This document shows, piece after piece, positions 16,519 through 24,000 of a DNA stretch of 24,000 nucleotides. The notes beneath the pieces were generated by a model. That model was not told the DNA's origin and ran no database searches. It was given only the letters and a program-made list of their open reading frames with translations. The stretch spans positions 19,401 to 43,400 of the forward strand of contig CAUVOF010000007.1 in the NCBI GenBank assembly GCA_963553325.1. Reading direction: 5' to 3'. The stretch is from an uncultured Cardiobacterium sp. GTDB taxonomy: Bacteria; Pseudomonadota; Gammaproteobacteria; Cardiobacteriales; Cardiobacteriaceae. The first letter of the stretch is position 1. Each line of letters begins with the position of its first letter. A program made the translations under genes and the position numbers.

Positions 16519-16893
16519 TTATTGCGCATTCTGTTCTTCCAGTTTGTGCAGGATGGCGGTGAGTACCGCTTCTGTCTGTTGCAAGACTTCGTTGTTCCAA
16601 AACCGCAATACGGTGAGACCATGTTGTTGCAGGTAGTGGCTGCGCTGTGCGTCGTAAGTGGTCTGTTCAGCGTGTTGTCCGCCGTCTATTTCAATCACCA
16701 GCTTTGCTTCGAGACAGACGAAATCAAGGATGTATGTACCCAACGGCTGCTGACGGCGGAATTTGTACCCGGCCAAGCGTTTGCCGCGCAGATGCTGCCA
16801 AAGACGCTGTTCGGCAAGGGTCATGTTTTGCCGTAATTGTCGGCCGTTGGCGGTGATTTGCGGGTTGGCGTAGGTAAAAATACGGCTGGTCAT
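16519..16893 (-). CDS. DUF559 / Vsr-like endonuclease domain protein
   Basis: MTSRIFTYANPQ...MTLAEQRLWQHLRGKRLAGYKFRRQQPLGTYILDFVCLEAKLVIEIDGGQH...VLRFWNNEV is the typical DUF559 pattern. Start is taken at the ATG at 16891-16893. The longer ORF-track start runs into the G/C hairpin repeat. Confidence 0.85.
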   Translation of the reverse strand: MTSRIFTYANPQITANGRQLRQNMTLAEQRLWQHLRGKRLAGYKFRRQQPLGTYILDFVCLEAKLVIEIDGGQHAEQTTYDAQRSHYLQQHGLTVLRFWNNEVLQQTEAVLTAILHKLEEQNAQ

Positions 16894-16924
16894 GGTGTTT
16901 GGTTTGCTGACTATTTGGCAACGA

Positions 16925-17160
16925 GGTATGCGGACGAACCCCACCCCCGTCCCCTCCCCCACGGGGGGAGGGGGAAATCGCGGTGCGACCCACCCCGGTT
17001 TTCCCCACAGGGGCGAGGGAAATCGCGGTGCGACCCACCCCGGTTTTCCCCACAGGGGCGAGGGAAATCGCGGTGCGACCCAGTCCGGTTTTCCCCACGG
17101 GGGTGGGGGGAATCGCGGTGCGACCCACCCCGGTTTTCCCCACGGGGGCGGGAAGTCGTC
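16925..17160. repeat. Tandem array of five related 45-bp REP-like units (one diverged head unit plus four aatcgcggtgcgacccaccccggttttccccacaggggcgaggga units)
   Basis: Units start at 16976, 17021, 17066 and 17111, an exact 45-bp period. Units 1 and 2 are identical and units 3 and 4 carry a few substitutions. The head unit (16931-16975) shares the ccccacgggggNggggg 3' half and holds a perfect 10-bp hairpin, cccctccccc (16951-16960) / gggggagggg (16964-16973). Confidence 0.92.
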
Positions 17161-17163
17161 CTC

Positions 17164-18669
17164 TCAATCCGCCACTTGATAGACGGTGTCGATGACGCTG
17201 CCGTCGCGGTAGCGCACGATGGCGACCGGTTTGTCGGTGAAGCGGATTTTTTCCGGTTTGCCGGTGAGGCTTATCGCGCGCTGGTAGAGGTCTTCTATCG
17301 TCGTCAGTTCAACCCCGGCGTCGCGCAGGCGCTGCGCCAGTTGCGGGCGGCGCGGATTGACGGCAATGCCGTGGTCGGTGATGAGGATGTCGATATGCTC
17401 GCCGGGGGTGATGCAGGTAATGACTTCATCGACCACGGTCGGGATGCGACCGCGTACCAGCGGGGCAACGATGATGGCAAGGCGCGCGTTGGCAGCGGTG
17501 TCGCAGTGCCCGCCGGAAGCGCCGCGCAGTACGCCGTCTGAACCGGTCAAGACGTTCACGTTAAAGCCGGTGTCGATTTCGAGCGCGCTCAAGACGACGA
17601 CATCAAGCTGCTCGACCGAGGCGCCTTTGGAGCCGTAGTTGGCGTACTGGTTGGCGCTGATTTCGATGTGGTTCGGGTTACGCGCCAGCGATTTGGCGGC
17701 GTCGGCATCGAAGCTCTGCACGTCGAGCAGTTTTTTGATGAGGCCTTTTTCGTGCAGGGCGGCCATGGTTGCAGTGATGCCGCCGAGGCCGAAGGCAGCG
17801 GTGATGTTGTCGCGGCGCATTTTGTCTTCGAGGAAGCGGGTCACGGCGAGCGAGGCGCCGCCGGTACCGGTTTGCAGCGAGAATCCGTCGTAGAAGTAGC
17901 CGGATTTGGCGATGACGTCGGCACAGTGGCGGGCGATAAGCAGTTCGCGCGGGTTGGTGGTCATGCGGGTGGCATCTGCGCCGATTTTCGCCGGATCGCC
18001 GACGGCATCGACTTGCACAATGTAGTCCACCTGGTCTTGCGCGATGCTGTGCGGCGCAGTCGGGAAGTCTTCGATGGCTTCGGTCAAGAGGACAACTTTG
18101 TCGGCGTATTCGGCGTCGGTCATGGCGTAGCCGAGCGAGCCGCAGACGCTTTGTCCGTGCTGACCGTTGGCGTTGCCGAAGGGGTCGCAGACGGGGACGC
18201 CGAGGAAGGCGACGTCAATATGCAGTTCGCCGCTTTTCACGAGGTGGACGCGACCGCCGTGCGAGTGGATTTGTACGGGTTCTTTGAGGATGCCAGCCGA
18301 GATGGCATCGGCGAGTTTGCCGCGCAGGCCGGAGGAGTAGAGTTTGCTGACCACGCCGTTTTTGATGTGCTCAACCAGGGGCGCGTGCACACCGGTCAGT
18401 GAGCTGGAAGCGACGGTGAGGTTTTTGAAGCCCATTTTGGCGAGGATATCCATCACCATGTTGACGGTGTAGTCGCCGCCCCGGAAGCCGTGGTGGAAGG
18501 AGACGGTCATGCCGTCTTTGAGGCCACAGGCGCGCACGGCGTCTTCGATGCTGGCCAAGAGTTTGCGCGGGGCGCGTTCGCCGAAGCTGACTGTTTTCTC
18601 ACTGGCGGCGAAGGGTTTGAGGCCGGCTGCCACAGCGAGGCCGCCTTTGACGCGTTGTTCTCTGTTCAT
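17164..18669 (-). CDS. citF: Citrate lyase alpha subunit (citrate CoA-transferase)
   Basis: Long collinear identity with E. coli CitF (DGMTVSFHHGFRGGDYTVNMVMDILAKMGFKNLT, VQIHSHGGRVHLVKSGEL, TRMTTNPRELLIAR, LRGASGGHCDTA, VRYRDGSVIDTVYQV). SD GAGG precedes the ATG at 18667-18669. Confidence 0.97.
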   Translation of the reverse strand: MNREQRVKGGLAVAAGLKPFAASEKTVSFGERAPRKLLASIEDAVRACGLKDGMTVSFHHGFRGGDYTVNMVMDILAKMGFKNLTVASSSLTGVHAPLVEHIKNGVVSKLYSSGLRGKLADAISAGILKEPVQIHSHGGRVHLVKSGELHIDVAFLGVPVCDPFGNANGQHGQSVCGSLGYAMTDAEYADKVVLLTEAIEDFPTAPHSIAQDQVDYIVQVDAVGDPAKIGADATRMTTNPRELLIARHCADVIAKSGYFYDGFSLQTGTGGASLAVTRFLEDKMRRDNITAAFGLGGITATMAALHEKGLIKKLLDVQSFDADAAKSLARNPNHIEISANQYANYGSKGASVEQLDVVVLSALEIDTGFNVNVLTGSDGVLRGASGGHCDTAANARLAIIVAPLVRGRIPTVVDEVITCITPGEHIDILITDHGIAVNPRRPQLAQRLRDAGVELTTIEDLYQRAISLTGKPEKIRFTDKPVAIVRYRDGSVIDTVYQVAD

Positions 18670-18675
18670 ATTCGT

Positions 18676-19554
18676 TTATTCCTCTCTGATGCCGGATGCG
18701 GCTGCGCGTTGCAGAACCAGTTTGGCGCGTTCGATGATGGGCGTATCCACCATTTTGCCGTTGAGCGAGACAACGCCGGAACCGTTGCGTTCGGCTTCTT
18801 CGGCAGCGGCGATGACGCGCGTAGCGTGATCGACTTCTTTCTGCGTCGGCGCGAACAGGTTGTGGATAAGGGTGATCTGGTTCGGGTTGATGAGCGATTT
18901 GCCGTCGAAACCAAGTTGCTTGATGAGCGCGGCCTCGCGCAGGAAACCTTCTTCGTTGCGCGCGTCGGAATAGACGGTGTCAAACGCCATCAGGCCGTTG
19001 GCGCGGGCGGCGTGCAGGATGCTGCTGCGTGCAAAAAGCAACTCGATGCCCTCCGGCGAGCGTTCCGTCTTCATATTGCGCACATAGTCCTCGGCGCCGA
19101 GCGCAATACCCATCAGGCGCGGCGAGGCTTTCGCGATGTCGTTCACCGCGAGAATGCCCTGTGCGGATTCAATCGCGGCGAGCAGCTGCGTACTGCCGAC
19201 CGCGCGACCGCAGGCCTTTTCAATCTCGGTAATGGCGGCGTCCATGTCGATGATGTCCTGCGCGCTGTCGGTTTTCGGCAGGCGGACGATGTCCGTGCCG
19301 GCGCGCACCACCGCGTTCAAATCCAGCAAACCAAATTCCGAAGCCAGCGGATTGACGCGCACCACCGTTTCCAGCTCGCGGTAAAGCGGGTGTTGCAGGG
19401 CGTGTGCAACCAGCATCCGCGCGGTGTCCTTCTCGGCAAGCGCGACCGAATCCTCGAGGTCAAACATGATGGAATCGGGCTTGTAAATAAAGGTGTTGCT
19501 AATCATCGCCGCGTTGGCACCCGGCACGAACAACATACTTCTGCGCAGTTTCAT
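18676..19554 (-). CDS. citE: Citrate lyase beta subunit (citryl-CoA lyase)
   Basis: [17 protein letters not shown]...MFDLEDSV is the HpcH/CitE signature. The ATG at 19552-19554 overlaps the citD stop as ATGA. The ORF-track start at 19569 is a TTG five codons upstream. Confidence 0.93.
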   Translation of the reverse strand: MKLRRSMLFVPGANAAMISNTFIYKPDSIMFDLEDSVALAEKDTARMLVAHALQHPLYRELETVVRVNPLASEFGLLDLNAVVRAGTDIVRLPKTDSAQDIIDMDAAITEIEKACGRAVGSTQLLAAIESAQGILAVNDIAKASPRLMGIALGAEDYVRNMKTERSPEGIELLFARSSILHAARANGLMAFDTVYSDARNEEGFLREAALIKQLGFDGKSLINPNQITLIHNLFAPTQKEVDHATRVIAAAEEAERNGSGVVSLNGKMVDTPIIERAKLVLQRAAASGIREE

Positions 19555-19841
19555 AGCACTTTCCCCCAATCGACTGGCTCATCGGTGGCGCGTAACAGCG
19601 CCGCTTTCAGCCGCGCACGCAGCACACAATCGAGCGCGCCGCGGTCTTCCAGCTTCAGCGCGACCGCTTGCACGCCAAGCTGCGCCAGCACCTCATGAAC
19701 CGTCGCGCGGATTTGCGCGTCAAACTGCTTGCCGACGCTGCTGTTTACTTCCAGCGACACGCCGGAAGCGGCGGGCGCGACATAGACCATGACGTCGCTG
19801 GACTCGACCGTCCCGGCGACACTCTCTTTGCTGATTAACAT
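19551..19841 (-). CDS. citD: Citrate lyase acyl carrier protein (gamma subunit)
   Basis: [15 protein letters not shown]...[15 protein letters not shown]...[20 protein letters not shown] is collinear with E. coli CitD (AGTLESGDVMIRIAP...INSSVEKQFG...DKGALDCILRARLEA). The ATG at 19839-19841 has GAGGAG 5 nt upstream. The GTG at 19847 would overlap that SD. Confidence 0.9.
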   Translation of the reverse strand: MLISKESVAGTVESSDVMVYVAPAASGVSLEVNSSVGKQFDAQIRATVHEVLAQLGVQAVALKLEDRGALDCVLRARLKAALLRATDEPVDWGKVL

Positions 19842-20022
19842 AAACACTCCTCTATGCAGGATTACCGAACGCTGCGTACAGGGCAGCGCAAAAACCGCGC
19901 TATTTTAGATAAATTAAAAAATGATGACAATCTCAAAACATCGCTGTTGCGGCAGGTCAAGCGTAACGGGCTGATTTCGCGACAAGCGGGCGCGTCGCTG
20001 CACGTAGAAAAACGCCGCTTTG

Positions 20023-20028
20023 TATAAT
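20023..20028 (+). promoter_or_regulatory. Candidate -10 hexamer TATAAT for the aldolase-znuB transcription unit
   Basis: A perfect TATAAT preceded by TG lies 35 nt upstream of the ATG at 20063. No convincing -35 was seen. Confidence 0.3.
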
Positions 20029-20062
20029 GCCGCCTTCATTTTCCCGTAACCGGAAGGTCATC

Positions 20063-20710
20063 ATGTATCTCGACAGCGCCGACCCCGCCGCCTTTGCCCG
20101 CTATCAGCCGCTGGGCATCCTCAAAGGCATCACCACCAACCCGACCCTGCTTAAAGGCAGCCCGCGCCTGGCGCAACTGGACGCCATTCTCGCCCAGCGC
20201 CCGCAGCTCTTATTCGTGCAAGTCCTCGGCGCGACTGCCGCGGAAATGTTTGCCGACTACCAGCACATCCTCGCCACCTTCCCCGGTGCGCCGCTCGGCT
20301 TCAAAATCCCGGTGAACCACGCCGGACTTGAAACCATCGCCAAAATGCGCGCGCACCGCCTCGACCTGCCGCTGCTCGGCACCGCCATTTACAGCGCCGA
20401 ACAGGCGATTCTTGCCGGCATTGCTGGCTGCGACTTCGTCGCGCCCTACATCAACCGCATGGAAAACAACGCGATTGACCCCTACGCCGTCATCGCCAGC
20501 GCCCGCCGCTACTACGACAACCACGCCATTCCCTGCCAAATCATGGGAGCGAGTTTCAAAAACACTACGCAAATCCTGCACGCACTCGACGCTGGCGCGC
20601 ACACCTGCACCGTTGCCCCCGAGCTGCTGCACGCGATGCTGGAAAAACCGCTGGCGGAAGCGGCGATTGCGACCTTCAACGCCGACGGCTCTGCGGAAAA
20701 CACGCCCTAA
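20063..20710 (+). CDS. fsa: Transaldolase-family class 3B protein with fructose-6-phosphate aldolase (FSA) signature residues
   Basis: MYLDSADP...GITTNPTL, with the Schiff-base Lys in GFKIPV (E. coli FSA VVKVPV). The FSA-diagnostic Gln (LFVQV), Thr (LLGTA) and Tyr (VAPYINR) are present where transaldolases have Glu, Ser and Phe. GGAAGG SD precedes the ATG at 20063. Confidence 0.8.
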   Translation: MYLDSADPAAFARYQPLGILKGITTNPTLLKGSPRLAQLDAILAQRPQLLFVQVLGATAAEMFADYQHILATFPGAPLGFKIPVNHAGLETIAKMRAHRLDLPLLGTAIYSAEQAILAGIAGCDFVAPYINRMENNAIDPYAVIASARRYYDNHAIPCQIMGASFKNTTQILHALDAGAHTCTVAPELLHAMLEKPLAEAAIATFNADGSAENTP

Positions 20711-20732
20711 CCCCCCTACCCTACCAACGCCC

Positions 20733-21545
20733 ATGTTCTTCTACCAATTCATCCTCATCCCCTGCCTCTGCGCCCTGACCACCGCCGTTGCCGCCGCGCC
20801 CATCGGCGCGCTCATCGGCTGGCGCCGCCTCGTTTACTTCGGCGAGGCGCTGTCGCACGCCTCACTGCTCGGCATCGCCCTCGCCCTCTGGCTTGGCTTG
20901 CCGCCAGTGGTCGGCATTTGGAGCATTACCCTGCTGCTCGTCCTGCTTCTCTACCTCATTGAGCGCAGCGGCCGCGAAAACCCAAGCAACATTCTCGGCA
21001 GCCTGTCGCATATCGCCCTCGCCCTTGGCTATCTCGTCATGTCGCAGATGGAAAACGTGCGCACCGACCTGCTCGCCTATCTCTTTGGCGACATCCTCGC
21101 CACCACCACGCGCGACCTCGTCGCCATTGCCATCGTCGCCGTGCTCGCGCTCGCCATCCTGCGCCGCCTGTGGCAGCCACTGATACTCATGACCGTCAGC
21201 CCCGCCATTGCCAAAACCGAATACCCGCACAGCCGCCGCTACGACCTCATATTCCTGTTGCTGATTGGCCTCTTTATCGGCACAACGGTGCAGTATTTCG
21301 GCCTGCTGCTCGTCATTGCGCTGCTCATCGTGCCGGCGAACACCGCCAACCGCCTCGCCAAGACCCCGGAACAAAGCGCCGCGATTGCCGCCGTGCTTGC
21401 CATCCTCGCGACCGTCCTCGGCTTTACCCTCGCCAACCGCGCCGATTTACCGGTCAGCCCCGCCATCATTGGCGTTGCCGGCGTGCTCTACTTCGCCGTG
21501 CTGCTCTACACCGGCGTCAAACGGGCAAGTCCTAAAAACATTTAA
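20733..21545 (+). CDS. znuB: ABC-3 family metal (zinc) transporter permease
   Basis: MFFYQF...PIGALIGWRRLVYFGEALSHASLLGIALAL...VRTDLLAYLFGDILATT...LLIVPANTANRLAKTPEQ is collinear with E. coli ZnuB ([30 protein letters not shown]...IRVDLMAYLFGDLLAVT...LLIIPAATARRFARTPEQ). Start is the ATG at 20733. The long upstream ORF-track extension overlaps the aldolase gene and is rejected. Confidence 0.85.
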   Translation: MFFYQFILIPCLCALTTAVAAAPIGALIGWRRLVYFGEALSHASLLGIALALWLGLPPVVGIWSITLLLVLLLYLIERSGRENPSNILGSLSHIALALGYLVMSQMENVRTDLLAYLFGDILATTTRDLVAIAIVAVLALAILRRLWQPLILMTVSPAIAKTEYPHSRRYDLIFLLLIGLFIGTTVQYFGLLLVIALLIVPANTANRLAKTPEQSAAIAAVLAILATVLGFTLANRADLPVSPAIIGVAGVLYFAVLLYTGVKRASPKNI

Positions 21546-21616
21546 CGTTTACAAGCCGGGGGGGCTTCGCTACCATGCGCCGCCGATTTTTACCAATAAC
21601 CCGCAGGAGAGCGAAA

Positions 21617-22042
21617 ATGGCTAAAGAATTCAAAGCGAAAAACCAGTACACCCCGAAAAAGGACGAAGAATACATGAGCGAGGCGCAGCTTGCGCACTTC
21701 ACCCAGCTACTCACCGACTGGAAAAACGACATCTTGAGCGACAGCGACCGCACCAAAGAACATCTACGCGATGACCGGGAGCAGACCGCCGACCTCAACG
21801 ACCGCGCGACGCAAGAAGAAGAATTCTCGCTGGAGCTGCGCACCCGCGACCGCGAACGCAAACTGCTCTACAAAATCGACCGCGCCCTGGAACGCATTGC
21901 TCGCAAAGACTTCGGCTGGTGCGAGCGTTGCGGCGAAGAAATCGGCATCCGTCGCCTCGAAGCGCGCCCCACCGCCGAGCTGTGCATTGACTGCAAAGAA
22001 ATCGCCGAGCGGCAAGAGCGCAACTACCACGACATCCGCTAA
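21617..22042 (+). CDS. dksA: RNA polymerase-binding transcription factor DksA
   Basis: [12 protein letters not shown]...[27 protein letters not shown]...[29 protein letters not shown] shows the acidic DxxDxA tip region and the C4 zinc finger, as in E. coli DksA. AGGAGA SD precedes the ATG at 21617. Confidence 0.95.
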   Translation: MAKEFKAKNQYTPKKDEEYMSEAQLAHFTQLLTDWKNDILSDSDRTKEHLRDDREQTADLNDRATQEEEFSLELRTRDRERKLLYKIDRALERIARKDFGWCERCGEEIGIRRLEARPTAELCIDCKEIAERQERNYHDIR

Positions 22043-22050
22043 ACCCCCAC

Positions 22051-22077
22051 ATCCCGCCATTAGGCGGGATTTTTTTT
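22051..22077 (+). terminator. Rho-independent terminator after dksA (atcccgcc-atta-ggcgggat-ttttttt)
   Basis: 8-bp stem at 22051-22058/22063-22070 followed by seven T, 9 nt after the dksA stop. Confidence 0.85.
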
Positions 22078-22155
22078 GCCCGCGCTTCCGGCTTATCATG
22101 CAAACCTGCGCTGCGGCAACGCTTAGCGCATTCAACAAAAAAACAGGAAATCATC

Positions 22156-24000
22156 ATGACGCAAAAAATCCCCTACCGCTCCCGCACCTCAACCTCCGGG
22201 CGCAACATGGCAGGCGCGCGCGCCCTCTGGCGTGCCACCGGCATGAAAGACAGCGACTTCGGCAAGCCCATCATCGCCGTCGTCAATAGCTTTACCCAGT
22301 TCGTCCCCGGCCACGTCCACCTCAAAGACATGGGGCAGTTGGTAGCGCGCGAAATCGAAGCAGCGGGCGCGATTGCCAAAGAATTCAACACCATTGCCGT
22401 CGATGACGGCATCGCGATGGGGCATGACGGCATGCTCTACTCGCTGCCCAGCCGCGACATCATCGCCGACAGCGTCGAATACATGGTCAATGCCCACTGC
22501 GCCGACGCAATCATCTGCATCTCAAATTGCGACAAAATCACCCCCGGCATGCTGATGGCGGCGATGCGCCTCAACATCCCCGCCGTTTTCGTCTCCGGCG
22601 GGCCGATGGAAGCGGGCAAAACCGCCCTCGCCCAGCACAAACTCGATTTAGTTGATGCCATCGTTTACGCGGTTGATCCCGAAGTCGATGACGCCACCGT
22701 CGATGACTACGAAAAAAACGCCTGCCCGACCTGCGGCTCTTGTTCCGGCATGTACACCGCCAACTCGATGAACTGCCTCACCGAAGCGCTCGGCCTGTCG
22801 CTACCCGGCAACGGCACCACCCTTGCCACCCACGCCGACCGCAAACAGCTCTTTTTGAACGGCGCGCGCACCATCGTCGAAATTACCCGCCGCTACTACG
22901 AACAGGGCGACACCAGCGTCCTGCCGCGCAGCATCGCCACCTGGGACGCCTTCCAAAACGCGATGACGCTGGACATCGCCATGGGTGGCTCCACCAACAC
23001 CATCCTGCACCTGCTCGCCACCGCACAAGAAGCGGGCGTGGACTACAGCATGAAAGACATCGACGCCCTCTCGCGCCGCATCCCGCAGCTGTGCAAAGTC
23101 GCGCCGAACGAACCGAAATACCACATCGAAGACGTACACCGCGCCGGCGGCATCATGAACATCCTCGCCGAACTGGCACGCGCCGGGCTGATTCGCACCG
23201 ACATGCCGACCGTACACAGCCCGACCCTGCAAGCGGCGATTGACCGTTACGACCTGAAAAACCAGCCTGCGCCGGAAATCAGCGAATTTTACAAAGCAGG
23301 GCCGGCCGGCTTGCGCAGCCAAACCGCGTTTTCGCAAAACTGCCGCTTTGACAGCGTCGATGACGACCGCGAACACGGCTGCATTCGCGCCATCGAACAC
23401 GCCTACTCGCAAGAAGGCGGGCTTGCCGTCCTCTACGGCAACATCGCCGAGAACGGCTGCGTCGTCAAAACCGCCGGGGTTGATGAAAGCATCCACCACT
23501 TCACCGGCAAAGCCATCGTGTACGAAAGCCAGGACGCCGCCGTCGAAGGCATCCTGAAGCGCAAAGTAAAGGCGGGCGACGTCGTCATCATCCGCTACGA
23601 AGGGCCTCGCGGCGGCCCCGGCATGCAAGAAATGCTCTACCCAACCAGCTACCTCAAATCGATGGGGCTGGGCAAAGCCTGCGCGCTGCTCACCGACGGC
23701 CGCTTCTCCGGCGGCACCTCCGGCCTTTCCATCGGCCACGCCTCGCCGGAAGCGGCGGCAGGCGGCGCAATCGGACTGGTACGCGATGGCGACACCATCC
23801 ACATCGACATCCCAGCACGCCGCATCCACCTCGACATCAGCGACGCAGAAATGACCCGCCGCCGCGCCGAACAAGACGCCAAAGGCTGGAAACCCGCCAC
23901 GCCGCGCGCACGCCAAGTCTCTGCCGCGCTGAAAGCCTATGCGCTACTCGCCACCAGCGCCGACCGCGGCGCGGTGCGAGATTTGAGCAAGTTGGAATGA
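22156..24000 (+). CDS. ilvD: Dihydroxy-acid dehydratase
   Basis: A 614-aa complete [68 protein letters not shown] (Fe-S ligands) and [18 protein letters not shown] are canonical IlvD blocks. AGGAAA SD precedes the ATG at 22156. Confidence 0.97.
   Translation: MTQKIPYRSRTSTSGRNMAGARALWRATGMKDSDFGKPIIAVVNSFTQFVPGHVHLKDMGQLVAREIEAAGAIAKEFNTIAVDDGIAMGHDGMLYSLPSRDIIADSVEYMVNAHCADAIICISNCDKITPGMLMAAMRLNIPAVFVSGGPMEAGKTALAQHKLDLVDAIVYAVDPEVDDATVDDYEKNACPTCGSCSGMYTANSMNCLTEALGLSLPGNGTTLATHADRKQLFLNGARTIVEITRRYYEQGDTSVLPRSIATWDAFQNAMTLDIAMGGSTNTILHLLATAQEAGVDYSMKDIDALSRRIPQLCKVAPNEPKYHIEDVHRAGGIMNILAELARAGLIRTDMPTVHSPTLQAAIDRYDLKNQPAPEISEFYKAGPAGLRSQTAFSQNCRFDSVDDDREHGCIRAIEHAYSQEGGLAVLYGNIAENGCVVKTAGVDESIHHFTGKAIVYESQDAAVEGILKRKVKAGDVVIIRYEGPRGGPGMQEMLYPTSYLKSMGLGKACALLTDGRFSGGTSGLSIGHASPEAAAGGAIGLVRDGDTIHIDIPARRIHLDISDAEMTRRRAEQDAKGWKPATPRARQVSAALKAYALLATSADRGAVRDLSKLE

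Noticed and set aside
16894-16962. Longer DUF559 start (MGEGTGVGFVRIPRCQIVSKPNT...)
   Set aside because: The extension is a translation of the G/C hairpin repeat. The conserved DUF559 body begins after the internal ATG at 16893.
16925-17160. A regular 45-bp periodic array that could be mistaken for a CRISPR array
   Set aside because: The whole 45-bp unit repeats with no unique spacers between repeats. Units 1 and 2 are identical end to end. No cas genes or leader are present. This is a tandem REP-like repeat.
16724-17167. 147-aa minus-strand ORF with the PVGKTGVGRTAIS x4 peptide repeat, plus plus-strand ORFs 16837-17541, 16892-17179 and 16983-17195
   Set aside because: These frames stay open only because the repeat length is a multiple of 3. 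The 16724-17167 ORF starts at a TTG overlapping the citF stop and runs out of frame across the DUF559 gene. No SD is present and the composition is low complexity.
21553-21567. Small hairpin aagcc-ggggg-ggctt after znuB as a terminator
   Set aside because: The stem is only 5 bp with a G-only loop and no following T-tract. It is too weak to call.
22098-22155. Possible ilv-type leader peptide or attenuator upstream of ilvD (the ATG at 22098 opens [20 protein letters not shown]...)
   Set aside because: The peptide has no run of Ile/Val/Leu codons and runs on into ilvD out of frame. Only a weak 6-bp inverted repeat (tgcgct...agcgca) is present, and no terminator or antiterminator pair.
22801-23916. 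Long antisense or out-of-frame ORFs inside well-supported genes: 22801-23916 (-), 18490-19698 (+), 8797-9684 (+), 9793-10782 (+), 13481-14374 (+), 3237-4070 (+), 4711-5535 (+), 5462-6187 (+), 6897-7688 (-) and 17668-18402 (+)
   Set aside because: These are typical stop-codon-poor shadow frames of high-GC coding DNA. Their translations are Arg/Ala/Gly/Pro-rich with no recognisable motifs. Each is fully covered by a gene with strong homology on the other strand or frame.
1-24000. Search for Neisseriaceae DUS or Pasteurellaceae USS-type uptake sequences, and for transposase, integrase, tRNA or att-like island boundaries
   Set aside because: I noticed no copies of GCCGTCTGAA-like or AAGTGCGGT-like motifs by eye. 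No IS, integrase or tRNA genes are present. The only compositional anomaly is the 5' half of the AAA+ gene, which is reported separately.

Overview
This is a GC-rich proteobacterial chromosomal window, probably beta- or gamma-proteobacterial. It is almost fully coding and mostly ordinary metabolism. Left to right: (i) a tightly packed five-gene minus-strand cluster (29-6760) encoding an FtrD-like/DUF2318 Cys-cluster membrane protein, two FtsX/MacB-type permeases, a MacB/LolD-type ABC ATPase and a membrane-anchored tandem AAA+ ATPase; (ii) an orphan three-domain PTS protein DhaM; (iii) a glycerol-3-phosphate set, glpQ and glpT on the minus strand divergent from glpD; (iv) a small orphan ORF; (v) a citrate fermentation cluster on the minus strand (citD-citE-citF, a 45-bp tandem repeat array, a DUF559 endonuclease-like gene, a citXG fusion, citT); (vi) a fructose-6-phosphate-aldolase-type gene followed by a lone znuB; (vii) dksA and ilvD. 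No rRNA, tRNA, CRISPR, transposase or integrase genes were seen. The best candidate for something undescribed is cluster (i). It resembles the fetABCD accessory module of Ftr1/P19 iron-uptake loci but lacks Ftr1, P19 and the thioredoxins. It ends instead in a two-ring spastin/Vps4/Msp1-like AAA+ protein whose N-terminal membrane module is far more AT-rich than the rest of the gene. Secondary points are a REP-like C/G-tract element family, a terminator duplication that looks like an insertion footprint, and repeated TTCAC(C/G)G motifs in the glp control regions. All functional calls come from reading motifs in the supplied translations. No database search was run.
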